DNA from: the human T2T-CHM13v2.0 reference genome, Homo sapiens
Strand: one strand, 5' to 3'
Assembly (NCBI RefSeq): GCF_009914755.1
Contig: NC_060937.1
DNA length: 64,000 bases
A program made the position numbers and the translations under genes. Shown here one piece after another: positions 41,839 to 55,636 of the stretch. The notes under the pieces were generated by a model. The model saw nothing but the letters and a program-made list of their open reading frames with translations. It had not been told where the DNA came from and made no database searches. Every line of letters starts with the position of its first letter. The stretch's first letter is position 1.

Positions 41839-44800
41839 CTGTGCAAAAGAAAAAGTATTTATATTACAATACAAGCAAACACCTTGCAAAATGAATTTAC
41901 TCCTCTGTTGAAGTCAAAATGAGAGTTCTCCACGCAATAAGGATAAACTCAAAAGGAGACTGTGCTTTTTAATAAAGAATTATAAATTAGCAGAAACTAA
42001 TTCAACTAATCATACTTATTACATTTTTGCTTATATTTATAAATCTTCCATAACCAAGGACCTGAGATCCCACCTAATTTCAAAATGAATTAGTATTAGA
42101 TATAGTCTGACAGTAAACATGCACCACGATGAACAAACTATAATGTTGGTTACAATCATTTCAATACAATCACATGCAATGGAGGCAACACTCTACTCTC
42201 AGACATACATCACAGTCATTAGTGTCACAGAAAAATACGACCTAAAGCTTCTGTATTTGACATCTATTGTGTCCAACTACAGATATCCCTTGCTTTGTAA
42301 AATGGATATTCAAAACCAGTTGTACATTTCCCACTTAAAAATTCAATGTTTATTCACAGCATTTTTAGCATTTAGTGTGCTCTAAACTTTTTAAATGTTT
42401 GTCCAACAAGAGCAGACAAATATATGCTTATGCTTTTATTTTTATCTCAAAGCAGTCATGTATCTTGGCTAGAATACCATATTTCATCAATACTGCATGT
42501 ATCTCCATAGAATAGTACACCATATACTTTGATCAAAATAATGCACAAGCTCAATTGTAACAAGGGATACCAGTATTACAGAAGGACCACAGGAACACGT
42601 GTTAGTGATTGCTACTAAATAACACAAAACTACAAGCAAAATCAACATCAAGGATAAATTCTGTCCTTTTGGAAAAACAAATTTTCAGCAAGCAAGTTAA
42701 AAGCACACACACACACACACACATACTTCCCAAAATAACTGCAGAAAACTAGGATGAATCTCTCCATTAATCACAATACCAAAACAAAAAATAACATTTC
42801 ATTTCTAGTTGCACCTGAATCAACAAAACATAAAATTCTGATTTTGAAATGCAGTAATGGAGCCCACCCGAATAAGCTGGATTATTCTTTATCTTTGCCC
42901 AGGAGCTTCATACTAGCATACTTCCTTATCATAAATATGCAAAACACAGGCAGACCCTTACCAAATAGAGAATTCAGGGATCACAAACTGGAAATAGAAA
43001 CTGGGAGACAAGGCCCACTGGTAGCCCAAGAGACTTGGTAATCAAAGAGAGGAGAAATCAAAAGAAAGAGTTCCTAGTCCACTGTACAGAACACAAAGAG
43101 GCGCAAGAAAGATGCTTCTCAAGCTCTAAGCAGTAAGATTTTAAACTAAAAAGCAAAGAAGAAAAACTCATTATAATTTCAGATAAACGCAGGGGTGAGG
43201 AGTGAAGCGGCGCAAGAAGAGTAGCAAAAAGCCTCATGAACTGAGGCAACCTGTCACCAGACATGGAGAGAAAATGACATAAAGATACAATCTGTAAGAT
43301 AAGCCGAGGTTTAAAGAATAAAATGACAATTATCAGATAAAAAAAGTATGTTTTAAGTTCATCAAAACAAGGTTGAAATACTTTTTAAATAAACTATACT
43401 GTAAGACAAGCTGGAACATGAAGCTCAAGGAATTACCTGATTTATGTCAACTTGAAACATGGTATTCATTACCATCTATAAACCTGACAATTTACTTCTG
43501 CTCCTTGATTGGAAGGCTACAGAGCAGAGCTATTCCTACCCACGAAAAACAAAAAGTGCTATTGGATGAAAATTCAGTCCAGGTCAAAGAAACAAGAAAA
43601 TTACAAAAGGCTTCTTCAGGCTTGAGGGAGGAGTCTTCTGCCACGTGATTTCAAGATTTTCTCTTTATCCTTTCTTTATCCATCATGTAATATTTTAAGC
43701 TTGTATCTTCAGGAATATATCAAGCAACATCTGCCAGTTCTGAAGACAAATATGGGACTATCTTCCTGAAGTTTGGTTCATTCTTCACCACTAATACAGC
43801 ACACACTTATGAAACACAGAAAGCCACACTTGTATTGTTCAAAGTTGCATTTCACAAGTTAAACAAAGCAACGAGATTTAAACTGAATAAAGACATTAAC
43901 GAGTAATTTTTTTATCAAGGCAGAATAAATAAAACAGCTGTAGGCACATATTTTCAAATTGTCTTATCAATAAGTCACAGTCTCTATTAAATGTGCAGGG
44001 TTTCTCAGAAGTAAATCCTTGATATTAGTACCCATGTGTTATAGCGGATGGGATGTGTCAATTTAGAATTTTTCTTCTATGTCATTATCCTAAAATGACT
44101 GGCACAAAGACAGCACGATAGGAACGCTCATTACAGTGTAATTTATATAGCAAAACCCTGGAAGGCTTTCATTCTCAAACATTAATCAATGGAATATATT
44201 TTGTAACATTTAAGTGACATTGTAGAAGACTATTTAATGACCTAGAAATATTTTCAGAATATTAAGTGAAAGAGATAGATTAAAAAAGCAATATGTAGCA
44301 TATGATCACACTTTTTTACAAGTATGGACATATACACAAAGGAAAAATACGAGAAGGATATTTACCAATATGTTCATAGTGTTTATATATGGGAAGTGGG
44401 ATTATAATTATTTCAATTCATTCTTTTTTGTTCATATGATTTTTATACAACAAACATGATTACTTTCAATATATGTATAAATATGTGGGGGGAGTGTGCA
44501 TGTTATTAAAAGTATTTTTTAATATTATTGTCATTATTATTATTATTATTATGACCAAAGACATGGTCCAGGACTTGTAATGAAAAAAAAAAAAAAAAAA
44601 AAAACCCTGTAGACATATCTGAAAATAGATGGTTATTTTCAAAATGATTTTATTAAGTCATCCGCTTTCCAAAGCTCCTCTATTTCTGAAATGGACATGA
44701 AATGTCATATTTACTTTAACATAGTGTCATGTACACTAATATGTATCTATGTATATGTAGTAAGGTTCAAATAAATGTTTGATGAAATTATTAAGATTAT

Positions 44801-45227
44801 ATTTAAAAATAAACATGCAGCCCAGGAGCAATTATTCTTCTCAATGCACTCTTCAGAAGTAGCTCTCACTTTCAGATGGTCAAACGCTTACAAGTAATAT
44901 TGCTACTATGAAATTATTGACAGACACATTAGACACTCAAGATTTTAATATAAACAGCCTCAGAAAGTATCAACATTATAAACAAATTCAAAGATCTTAC
45001 AATAAAGAATATGCATTTTTCCAGCATTCATCAAAATTGGAGACCTACTGCCTGATAATTTAGCAGTGATTTAAGTGAATATATAAAAGCCTCAAAATTA
45101 AAGCAAAATAAACTGTGTCCAAAGACCTTTATCAAAGTATTAAGAAGCATAAGAAGCATAAATGATGAAATTAAAAAAAAAAATTCCTGACCTACCCTAA
45201 ACTCTCTGTCTCTGAAACCCCTTTAAC

Positions 45228-45286
45228 ATAAAATAAAATAAAATAAAATTAAATTAAATTAAATAAAATTAAATTAAATTAAATAA
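45228..45286. repeat. (TAAAA/TTAAA)n pentamer microsatellite
   Basis: Read directly from the sequence. Confidence 0.9.
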
Positions 45287-45676
45287 GGAGGAAAACCCAA
45301 CTGCACTGTTGTTAAAGTAAAAATAAACAGAAGGTTCTTTATACTGAGTCACATGAGAGCCAGAGTTCTGATTTTTATTAAGAGCAACACAGTTACATCA
45401 CCCCACTAATTCAGCAGTGGTGGGGTGAGGTCAGAGATTAGGCCATAGACGGCCAAGTTTGAAAACAAATATTAAAACTTGTTATATTTCTATGTCTATT
45501 CTCTTGATATGTATTAACTTCACGTAGACTATAAAATGCTTTGTATGTCAAGATTTTTAAAACCCTTTTATAAGCAAGCACTATCCCTTGCTAATCATTC
45601 TTTATGTGTCTAAATAGCTTAACATGCACATTTCTTAAAATTGCTTGTGGAGAAAAAATGACTACTTGAAACATAC

Positions 45677-45773
45677 CTGGTAACATCACAGTACCATCTT
45701 GCTCCAGTGTTTCAGGGCTTATCCTTATGGCTGTCATGCTGTGGTTATTCACATCTCTATATAATAAATAACC
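45677..45773 (-). CDS. MYCBP2: MYCBP2 coding exon (approx. exon 8), 97 nt, GYLLYRDVNN...GTVMLP
   Basis: Manual translation. Acceptor ttatcag|GGT, donor CCAG|gtatgt, phase 0-1. Confidence 0.96.
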
Positions 45774-46333
45774 CTGATAACAGCAAAAAATTTTCCTGTT
45801 AAAATATTTATTACTAATTCAGCAGAAACAGCAGCCATACAGCTCCATATTACAGGTTTTTGAGGTACAATAATACATCAATATTGATGTCTAAAAGATA
45901 TTAATGATTAAAAATATAAGAACATTCCTCTCAATTAGAGGAAAAGTCATACATTATTGAAAATTGATGTAACATATTCCCAGAAACATAATTAGGTATA
46001 CTAAACAGGACAGTACAGTTACAAACATTTTGTTCAAAATGACCATACCACTTGCCAAGTAAATAATATGAATGATCACTGTTACTTTAACAAGTACTTT
46101 AAGAAAAATAACAAGTATTGAGTTTGCTATTTGAAAATGAATAGCATAGTGGTTTCAGAAGGTGTGGTATGCCATTGAACACACTGCTATAATAATATAC
46201 TTTCCACGGCATTATTTCTTAGATAAAACACAATAGAGTGGCAAATAAAAATCTGATGAGATATTTTAAACTAAGTTCAATTTTTAAGAGACAATTACTG
46301 AGAAACTAATTTGTTATCTAAAATTTAATTTCA

Positions 46334-46670
<337 letters not shown>

Positions 46671-47189
46671 TTATTCTTCATGTAACAATAGTAATTTCCA
46701 TAGTTTTCAAAAGACTTTCAAATATCTTTTATCATTTGATCCTGACAACAAATCTCACAAGCTCAGCAAGGCAGGCATGCAGGGAAATCTTTATTCTTTA
46801 TCCTTATACAAAGGAACTTGGGCTTCACTGTTCAGGTAGGTACTGTATGGAAAAAAATATTTCTAGTCCCTCTTGTCCATCCTTCATTTGCTTTTCTCCA
46901 TAAGAGGAGTAATGTATCCATCTGGCTGCTGACCTTGTAAAAGGCTAACACCTATCTGACTATGTTGGTCAGGAGATAAGATCACAGCATTAAGACACAA
47001 AAACCCAGGGCTTTTCTTTCTCTCTTGTGATTCTTTGCATATTCTTCATGCAGGTAGCTGTCTACTGAGTAGGCCAAACACTGTTTCCTAGAAAGTACTG
47101 AATCTAGACTAAAATGAAAGAGTCTGTGGTAAGAAACCCTAATTTGGCCTCAGGACATGTATACATTTCCAATTTAAATGTGCTAATGA

Positions 47190-47476
47190 GGCTGGGTGGG
47201 GTGGCTCAGGCCTGTAATCCCAGCACTCTGGGAGGCCCAGGCGGGTGGCTCACTTCAGGTCAGGGGTTTGAGACCAACCTGGCCAAAATGACAAAACCCT
47301 GTCTCTACTAAAAATACAAAAAAATTAGCTAGGCATGGTGGCATGGGCCTTCTCAGGAAGCTGAGGCACAAGAATCACTTGAACTCAGGAGGCAGAGGTT
47401 GCAGTGAGCCGAGACTGTGCCACTCCACTCTAACCTGGGTGACACAGCGAGATTCTGTCTCAATTAAAAAAAAAAA
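47190..47476 (+). mobile_element. AluS-type with a right-arm deletion
   Basis: Dimeric Alu; TSD aaatgtgctaatga. Confidence 0.92.
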
Positions 47477-47827
47477 TGTGCTAATGATAAAGGTGGTCTT
47501 CAATTCTTATCTAGAGGCTCACTTACACAAGAACTCTAAAGAAGGTATGTTTAATCCCATATTAAAGCTAAATAACAGAGGACCCAATAAGTTAACTGAG
47601 TTGTCCAGTCATACAGCTAGTAGGAAGCAGGGCCAGAACTAAAATTGAACCTCTTATGAGTTCTGAGACAGTGTTCTTTACGCTACACTATTCAGTTATT
47701 ATGGCCATATTAGTAAAAATATATTATCATTTCTGTTTAAATAGAAGTGATATTACTGATTAAACAAGGACAAATCACATGTTGTAAAAGATAAGAAAAT
47801 TTTGGTTTATTGTGGATAGTTTCTTAC

Positions 47828-47899
47828 CTGAGCATACCCTAACCAAGACTTTTTTTCTTTTCTGTTTCTAATACGGGATGTAGAATTGTATATATGGCC
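47828..47899 (-). CDS. MYCBP2: MYCBP2 coding exon (approx. exon 7), 72 nt, GHIYNSTSRIRNRKEKKSWLGYAQ
   Basis: Manual translation. Acceptor tttttttgcag|GGC, donor CAG|gtaaga, phase 0-0. Confidence 0.96.
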
Positions 47900-48131
47900 C
47901 TGCAAAAAAAACAAAAGTTAGTATATCAGTGGTTTCATAATTAATAATCAATGAAAAATAATACAAATGGGTGAATGACATTTAATGCATGTATTTCAAT
48001 TATGGTTTTCAAATAAATATTATTACACTAAAATTAGATCATATTCTAGAAATGAAACTAGAAACACACAGAACACAATTCATTATGGTTATAACTCTGT
48101 ATAATTAAGGAACTGTAAGGAATCACATTAC

Positions 48132-48374
48132 CCTAACTGTTCCACTGTATCCAGAGCCTATTTTATATAATCCATCCTTGCATAATAGATAAAGAAAAAA
48201 TCCATCATTCTGAAGTAGACATTGGTCATCTTCATCAACAGATATTTCTTTTAATGGCCACTTGTGCATTAAAGCTGCTTTCTTAATGCCATTACTAAAC
48301 CAGTCCTGAATTTGAATTTTTCCCACCAAAACTGCTTGTACACTTCTCTGTAGCGAATTTAGAATTGTTGGCAC
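48132..48374 (-). CDS. MYCBP2: MYCBP2 coding exon (approx. exon 6), 243 nt, VPTILNSLQR...GYSGTVR
   Basis: ORF 48123..48374. Acceptor tttgattag|GTG, donor AGG|gtaatg, phase 0-0. Confidence 0.97.
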
Positions 48375-48569
48375 CTAATCAAAAGAGAAGAAAAATAATG
48401 AAAAAACATTTTTAAATGTTACAAACACAGAACAAAGATACTTTGGTAATACATCATCATTCATAAGACAATAAATTGTTCAGAATGATATTTCGCATGC
48501 CAGCAAAAAGTACCAACTAAAAGTTCATCTATAAGAAGCAAATCTCAAGCAAGGTAGACTTCCTTACTC

Positions 48570-49180
48570 TTGGGATTCCATGTCATTCACCAATTCTGTA
48601 AAATCTTAGCCATTATTTCAAGTACTCTATCTCCACAAATCTATTATTGCCTTGTGGAACTCAGATTGTATTACATTAGATTTTGTCATTCTCGATCCAT
48701 GTTTCTTATTTTATCTTCCATATTTCTCTCCTTGTCTCTCTGTTGCATTCTAGATAATTTCTTCCTCTTTATCTTTCAGTTCACCATTTCCATCTTCAAC
48801 CATATTATACAATAGTTAACCCATTTTAAGTTTCTAATTGTAATTATTTGGTTTTTCATTTCTAGGAGTTCGATTTGTTTTTTTTCCTAATGTCTGACTA
48901 CTTTTTATATTCTCACTCCTTAATCATACTTTTGATATTTTCTTTTATTACTTTAACCATACTTTATATATTCATACACATACACATTCTATATCAAATA
49001 ATTTCAATATCTAAGGACTTGGCAGGATTGATTCTACCATATTTGTTTCTGCTAATTCTCAATAATGGTGCCTTTTTCCATGTGCTTTTTTTATTAATTT
49101 GTTTCTGAGCTCAAATGCAATAAATAGTGTTTTATTTGCAGAAAGCCTTTGAAGTCAAGAGTTCAACCCTCCAGAAAGGA
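48570..49180 (-). mobile_element. Ancient L1M/HAL1-like fragment
   Basis: T-rich tract with aattctgtaaaatcttagccattatttca, tctctctgttgcattctagataatttc, tttttcatttctaggagttc. Confidence 0.5.
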
Positions 49181-49320
49181 TTTCAGTGTCTTTCAATACA
49201 GCATCTTGCAGTACTACCATGTCTACCCTGCTTTAAACTCTCTGTTAAGCTTTATGAAATGGACAAGTAGTATGCATTTGGGTGCCAAAACAAATCTGAG
49301 ATGTGAAGAGTTACACATAC

Positions 49321-49673
49321 TCATATGGTTTGGTTGTGTTCCCACTCAAATCTCATCTTGAATTCCCACGTGTTGTGGAAGGGACCCAGTGGGAGGTAAC
49401 TGGATCATGGGGGCAAGTCTTTCCTGTGCTGTTCTCATGATAGCGAATAAGCCTCACGAGATCTGATGGTTTTATAAAGAGGAATTTCCCTGAACAAGCT
49501 CTCTTTGCCTGCTGCCATCCACGTAAGACATGACTTGCTCCTCCTTGCCTTCCACCATGATTGTGAGGTTTCTCCAGCCATGTGGAACTATAAATCCATT
49601 AAACCTCTTTCTTTTGTAAATTGCCCAGTCTCGGGTACATCTCTATCAGCAGCGTGAAAACGGACTTAATGCA
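49321..49673 (+). mobile_element. THE1A/B MaLR solo LTR
   Basis: t(c)atatggtttggttgtgttcccactcaaatctcatcttgaattcccacg ... tcagcagcgtgaaaacggacttaatgca. Confidence 0.93.
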
Positions 49674-51307
49674 CACATTCTCAGGGAAAGCTTTTCTCCC
49701 TCTACCAACAGTCAGGCCAGGAGAGTTTTGGGAAATGAAGTTGGTAGATAAAAGGCCAAATCATGAAGAGCACTGCAAGCCATGTTAAGGTAATGGGCTT
49801 TAATATGGAGTTTAGGCTAGAGTTGGGGATGTGGTGTTGTGGCAGGTCTGTAGAGAACTGCAGCTATTGATTCAGAGGATCAAGTAGTTTTGTGTTGTCT
49901 AGTGATTGAGCATAAATATTGGAGACAGATAAGCCCTCGAGTCCTGTCTCTGTTATTTGCCAGCTCTGTATGCTGTGGCTACGCTATTTGACAGCTCTCT
50001 ATGCTATAGCTATACTAAACTTCTTTCAGCTTTCAAATATTTCACTCTTACTCTCACCTCCATGCCTTAGCATGTGGATACCTAGAACATTCTCTCTCTA
50101 CACCACCAACACCAAAAATTTCTCCTGGCTGATTTCAACTCATTAGTTTAGATCTCACCTCATATCCTCTGGGAGGCTTTCCATGAACGTAGTTCTTATA
50201 CTCCTGCTATGAGCTCTAATGGCATTCCTAAGTCTCTATATAAAAGCAAATCATATCAAAATTCATAAGCTCATATGTTGGTGGTCACTATCCTATTAAA
50301 ATCTGGTATATGGTATCTGAATGTTTGTGTTACTTTATTACAATTTTTAAAATATTTGCATATTTTAAACATATATTTAAATTAAACATTTGCCAAACCC
50401 TGAAAGCATGTCTACAGAACACAGCTTGAAAACCACTGTATTAGAGCAACTTCAAAATAATTAAGGACCATAAAAAGGGACAAAAGGATTCCAAGCAAGG
50501 CAGAAAGGAAGAAAAGAGCAGAAATCTTGAGTAAGGGAATGGGTCTTGTTTGACCAGGAGAGTTCAAAATCACTGAATAAGACAGAAAATGACCAATATA
50601 CTCCTTTTGCTATCTTTGGTCTGCTAATAACAGGATTGAGGCATCCCTTCCACCTGCCCTAGGGTTGCCCAAGGGGCCAGAGAAGAGTAGACAGTCAGGT
50701 CTTAAGATCATAACTTCTTTCTCAATTTCCAGAGCCTTCCCAAATAATTAAGTCAAGTTTGCCTATAAGGATTATTTTTCCCACCACTAAAATGGTGATG
50801 AGCTTGTTTGTTCCACAACTGAATATTAAAAGCCTAAAATGTTTTATACACAGCTGAAGTAACTCAGAAACGAATCAATTCATAAAAAAATCATAATCAA
50901 CCAATCAAAAATATATCAGATTGATACCATATCTTTTTCTTTCAATAGAGAAAAGATATTTAAAACCATGAATGAATTCCATACTAAAAAACTCAGGGAA
51001 AGATGGGAAGAAGGGAGAACGCAGACAGCAAGAAAACAGCAAGGAAAGAGAAGGCTATGGTGTTAAGGCAAAGACCAGCTTAAAGATTTAAGAGGTCTGG
51101 CCAAAATTCATTTTATTATATTTAAAGCTTCAGAGTTAAACATACATATCACTTAATTGAAATACTGTAGATTATTTATGTATCAATCTTGGACAGATTA
51201 AGCTACTGTAATGAGTGAGAAAAAGCAGAATTCCTATTGACAGAAATTGAGACGAAACTGTAACTTGTCATCTTATAAACTTCTAAGCAGATATAAATAT
51301 GAAATAC

Positions 51308-51504
51308 CTGAATAGTTTGGCAAGCATGGCTTCCATTGTTGGTGAGGATAGCAGAGATGGCCTGAAGTGTCCTTCCTGTTTCTCCCCAAGAAGCCACCAG
51401 ACTAAAGAGGCAAGCACAGGAAAGTGCTGTTAAGGACTGTCCTGTGCTGTCATTCATCCCAGTACTTCGAACGGTGATTTCCAAAAGAAGCTGGAAGAGA
51501 GACT
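51308..51504 (-). CDS. MYCBP2: MYCBP2 coding exon (approx. exon 5), 197 nt, (E)SLFQLLLEIT...HACQTIQ
   Basis: Core of ORF 51203..51526. Acceptor tttatccacag|AG, donor CAG|gtattt, phase 1-0, in frame with both neighbours. Confidence 0.97.
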
Positions 51505-53375
51505 CTGTGGATAAAATAGAATTCAATTATATTCATCCAACATACGGAACATTATATGCGTATATTTATTTATTTTTACTTTGTCTCATTATAAACGAAA
51601 TTTAAGGAATCTAGAACAATTACTTTGCTTTAGTTTCTTTCTAGTTACTCTCTTCCCCAAAAGTTAAAATATTTATGTAACAAGGGTCTTAAAGAACATT
51701 CAGTTCAACTCCTTATTTTTCTTAGTAAAAAAAGACAATCTAAGGTCTTTTAAAACAAGCTTGCCTAGAGGCATTCACATATTCAAGAAACTCATCCTAT
51801 CAAGTAATACACTACTTGTCATACTTATTTTACCTTTTAGATTAGGAGGCTTCTTAAAATGTTAAGTGTCCAGGAAATTATGTATATATTTTCAAAGTAA
51901 TAGAAACATAAAACATATGCAATAATGTGCTTTAATATAAAATTGGCTATATCATTAACATAATAGCAATTCACACTTAGGATGTAATTCATTTATACCC
52001 TAGAAAAACCTCCAAGTCAATAGGACAGATATTCTCCCCCTTTAATAATGAAATTGAGATATGGGGTATCAAAAGATTTTTCCTAAATCATAAAGTCATT
52101 TAGTGGTGAAGATGAAACACACACACACACAAATGTTTTACAACCAGCAGAGGTCTCTGCACAAAATTCCCTGAACACCTCCATCTAAGATTCAATCAAC
52201 AGACATCTGGGTATTTCTTCCATAGAACGGAGACTTGAAAATCCTTATAGAGTGAATAATCAGATGGAGAGGGAAAAAGAGAGTTAGAAAAAGAAAAACT
52301 GAGAAACATGAAGAGAGGGAAAGGGAAGGGAGAGAAGGAGGAGAACAAGAGAAAGAGGAGTAATGTACTGCAATTCTCTAAAAACTAAAATGCCACCTGT
52401 GGGTTATCTGGTAACTTACAGAAACCCAGGCAGCCCCTACCAATCCCTCATCTTCCATAGCTAATCCCAAATTAAGTCCTGTTTATTTTACTTCCTAATG
52501 GATAACTCCACTTTTCCCTATCTCATCATCATCTTTCCAATCCATGCTATCATCATCTCTTTGATAAAAAGTGTTAAGAAATTATCTCTTACCATTCGCT
52601 TTTGCCCCAATAGCCAGGGAGAATTTCAAACCAAAAATCTGATTGTCTACTTAAAATTCTTTCACTCCTTTGTTAATTTCTTCCTCCCTTCTGTCTTCTT
52701 TTCTTTCCCCCTTCCTCTCTTCACTTGTCTGTACACATCCTATACTTCCATTTTTTTCCATTTATCCTTTCCTCTACCTTTTCCTCCAGCTATCCTTCCT
52801 TCCCTCCATCCTTTCATCTATCCCTGTTTGTCCATATTTCCATCTACCCATCCTTCCTCCAATTATTATCCTTCAGTGAGTACATCTGTTGATTATTCAG
52901 CAAATATATACCGAACTCTCACACACTGGCAACTATTCTACACTAGGGTATTGGCAAACATGACAAAGAATGTCTCTACCCTTTCAAAAAGGTTAAGAAT
53001 CCAGGGAAAGAAAATAGTCAATAGTTTAAACAAATAATTTAAGAAAATAAGGCTATTTAAAAAACAATATTCTTCATGTAATGAAATAGAGAATGACTTT
53101 CCATTCCTCCTAGCCCACTAATCAAATTCTTTAACATGGCATGTAAAGCTCTGCATGTCCCTGCCTCCTTCCTCACCTGTCACAAGACTGTTTCCTTCAC
53201 TCTCCACATTCTAGCCATATTGCTCTTCTTTTCATTCATTCTCCTTTCTGTCTCAGAGCCTTACTAAATGCTGTTATTTCTGCCTAGAGCACTTATAATC
53301 GAATTCACTCCCTCCTATTCACCCTCTAAATCTCATATGTCACATCTTCAGGGAGCCTGTTAAAGACTCTCAGAA

Positions 53376-53513
53376 GGACCTGGGTGCAGCAGTGTGTACC
53401 TATAGTCACAGCTACTTGGGAGGTGGAGGCAGGAGGATCACTTGAGTCCAGGGTTTGAGGCTACCCTGGGCAATATAGTAAGATCCTGTCCCTAAAGATA
53501 AATAAATAAAAAA
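53376..53513 (+). mobile_element. FLAM_A-type Alu monomer
   Basis: Monomer ending ctgggcaatatagtaagatcctgtccct followed by an A-rich tail. Confidence 0.85.
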
Positions 53514-53537
53514 TTTTTAAGTTAAAAAAGGAATCTT

Positions 53538-53832
53538 GGCCAGGCGCAGTGGCTCATGCCTGTAATCCTAGCATTTTGGGAGGCTGAGGTGGGCAAATCA
53601 CCTGAGGTCAGGAGTTTGAGACCAGCCTGGCCAACATAGTGAAACCCTGTCTCTACTAAAAATACAAAAATTAGCCGGGCATTGTGGAACGCGCCTGTAG
53701 TCCAAGCTACTCAGGAAGCTGAGGCAGGAGAATAGCTTGAACCCAGGAGGTGGAAGTTGCAGTGAGCCAAGATCGCACCACTGCATTCCAGCCTGGGCAA
53801 CAGAGCGAGACTCCGTCTCAAAAAACAAAAAA
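53538..53832 (+). mobile_element. AluS-type, full length, directly behind the FLAM
   Basis: Dimeric Alu consensus motifs. Confidence 0.93.
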
Positions 53833-54471
53833 GGACTCTCAGAACTCCTTCTACTTTCCTCCATACGATTTATCCACATTTGTAATTATACACATATCCA
53901 ACTCTCTGATGCTAAGTTCCATAATAACAGCAATAGTATCGCACATTCTTAGCACATAACAAAGGGGGTGCTATTACATTTCAGTGAGTACTCGAGAATA
54001 TAATCTAATTGAACAGAATATATGGATATAAGGAAATATATTTTTAAATAGATAATTTAAAAATCAAAATCTATTTGCAAAGAGAAGAAGCTTGGTGTAT
54101 ACTAATCATCAAGATGTTCCACAGTAAGAGTTATATAAATATACACATATTTTCATGAATAACACGAAAACAACCGAATGGGAAAAAAAGGATAACCAAT
54201 AAGATTGTGATATTAGATTAAAAAAAGGAGGAGAGGCAAGTTTCAAAAGAAATTTAGTATAAAAGAACCAAATCAGTGCTTTTATCTTTGAGCTAATTTA
54301 ACAAAATAGAAAACATGAAGTGATAATAAATCCCTTACATAGAAAAATAAGCCAAAGCAGTGACGAGATCAGCAGTAAACACTGAAAGGATGGAAGACAG
54401 ACGAAAGGCAGTACAGCAGAATTTGAAACTTTAAACAAGAAAATAAAAATGAACAGATTAATAAGGTGAAA

Positions 54472-54790
54472 TATTTTTGGGTTTTGTGGGATTTTTTGGG
54501 GGTTTTTTTTTTGGTAGAGATGAGGTCTCATTCTGTCACCCAGCTAGAGTGCAGCGCAGTGGCATGATCACAGCCGACTGTAGCCTCAGACTCCTGGGCT
54601 CGAGCGGTCCTCCCACCTTAGCCTCTTGAGTAGCACTCATTTCCATGCCCAGTTTTTTTTTTTTTTTTTTTTTTGGAGAGATAGGGGTCTAAGTTGCCCA
54701 GACTGGTCCCAAACTCCCAGCCTTAAGCTATCCTCCTGCCTCAGCCTCCCAAAGTGCTGGGATTACAGGCATAAGCCACCACACCCAGCC
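54472..54790 (-). mobile_element. AluJ-type (sense in the transcript), expanded middle A-tract
   Basis: Reverse Alu with J-type tgtagcctcagactcctgggctcgagc; TSD aataa(g/t)gtgaaa. Confidence 0.9.
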
Positions 54791-55469
54791 AATAATGTGA
54801 AAGTTTTGATGGAAGATAAGACTAAAGCACATATTATATGCCAAAGCCAGTATTAAGAACAAGTTCTAGTTTTAAAAGAATAAAGGAAAGAAAGTATGTA
54901 CAGAATGGATACAAAGGAAAGTATATAACAACTGACATGAGACATGAGAATGGTAGAAGACTTAGGAGGAAAGAAATAACATGTTCAAAGTAGGAAATAC
55001 GACATCCAAGTCTTCGCGGGTATTTCAACATTCCAATTATTTGCTAACTAACAAACCAAATCCAAGAAAACCGAGCAAAATATTGTTAAATAAAATAAAT
55101 CAAATCTTCAGTAAAATGCTGTCAAGCCAAGCAGCACTTCACAATATTAATATGATCACTGGTGCTATCATAACAATAACCAACACGGTGCTTGCCTGCC
55201 AACATGACAGCTTCTATTTGGTAATAGCTTTTAATAACTGTGTATGTGAGGGGGGTGGTTTTAAAAAATCCTCAGCTTGTTTCAATGACCAGCATCCTCC
55301 CTCTCATTAAAACAAACAAAAGTCAAACACAATAACTGAGTCCCCACATGCGACCAAAAAAGAAAAATCTGACATGTAGTTAGGTTCATGCAGTTTGGTT
55401 CTCACAGGTGGGTCCTACAAAATCTAAATAGCCAAGTCGGAAAAAAAGGACCAAGTTTTAGTCTAAACC

Positions 55470-55636
55470 AGCAGTGTAGTCCTCAAACCAGCATCTGTAT
55501 CACCAAGAAACTAATTCCAAATACAAACTTTTGGGCCCCACCCCAAGTCTATGGAATCAGAAACACCATAGGGAAGTCCCCGATAACTCTGATACATGCT
55601 AATGAGAATTGAGAACCACATAATGAGAACCACAGC
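55470..55636. mobile_element. MER5A-like MITE
   Basis: gtagtcctcaaaccagcatctgtatcacc...gggccccaccccaag...gaatcagaaac...ttgagaaccac. Confidence 0.6.

Noticed and set aside
42955-43000. Donor-like TTG|gtaagg in phase with exon 9 as an alternative coding exon
   Set aside because: There is an in-frame TGA seven codons upstream and no acceptor or start could be defined.
52498-53037. 179-aa plus-strand ORF
   Set aside because: Pyrimidine-rich low-complexity and L2-like sequence gives an F/S/P/L-biased chance ORF.
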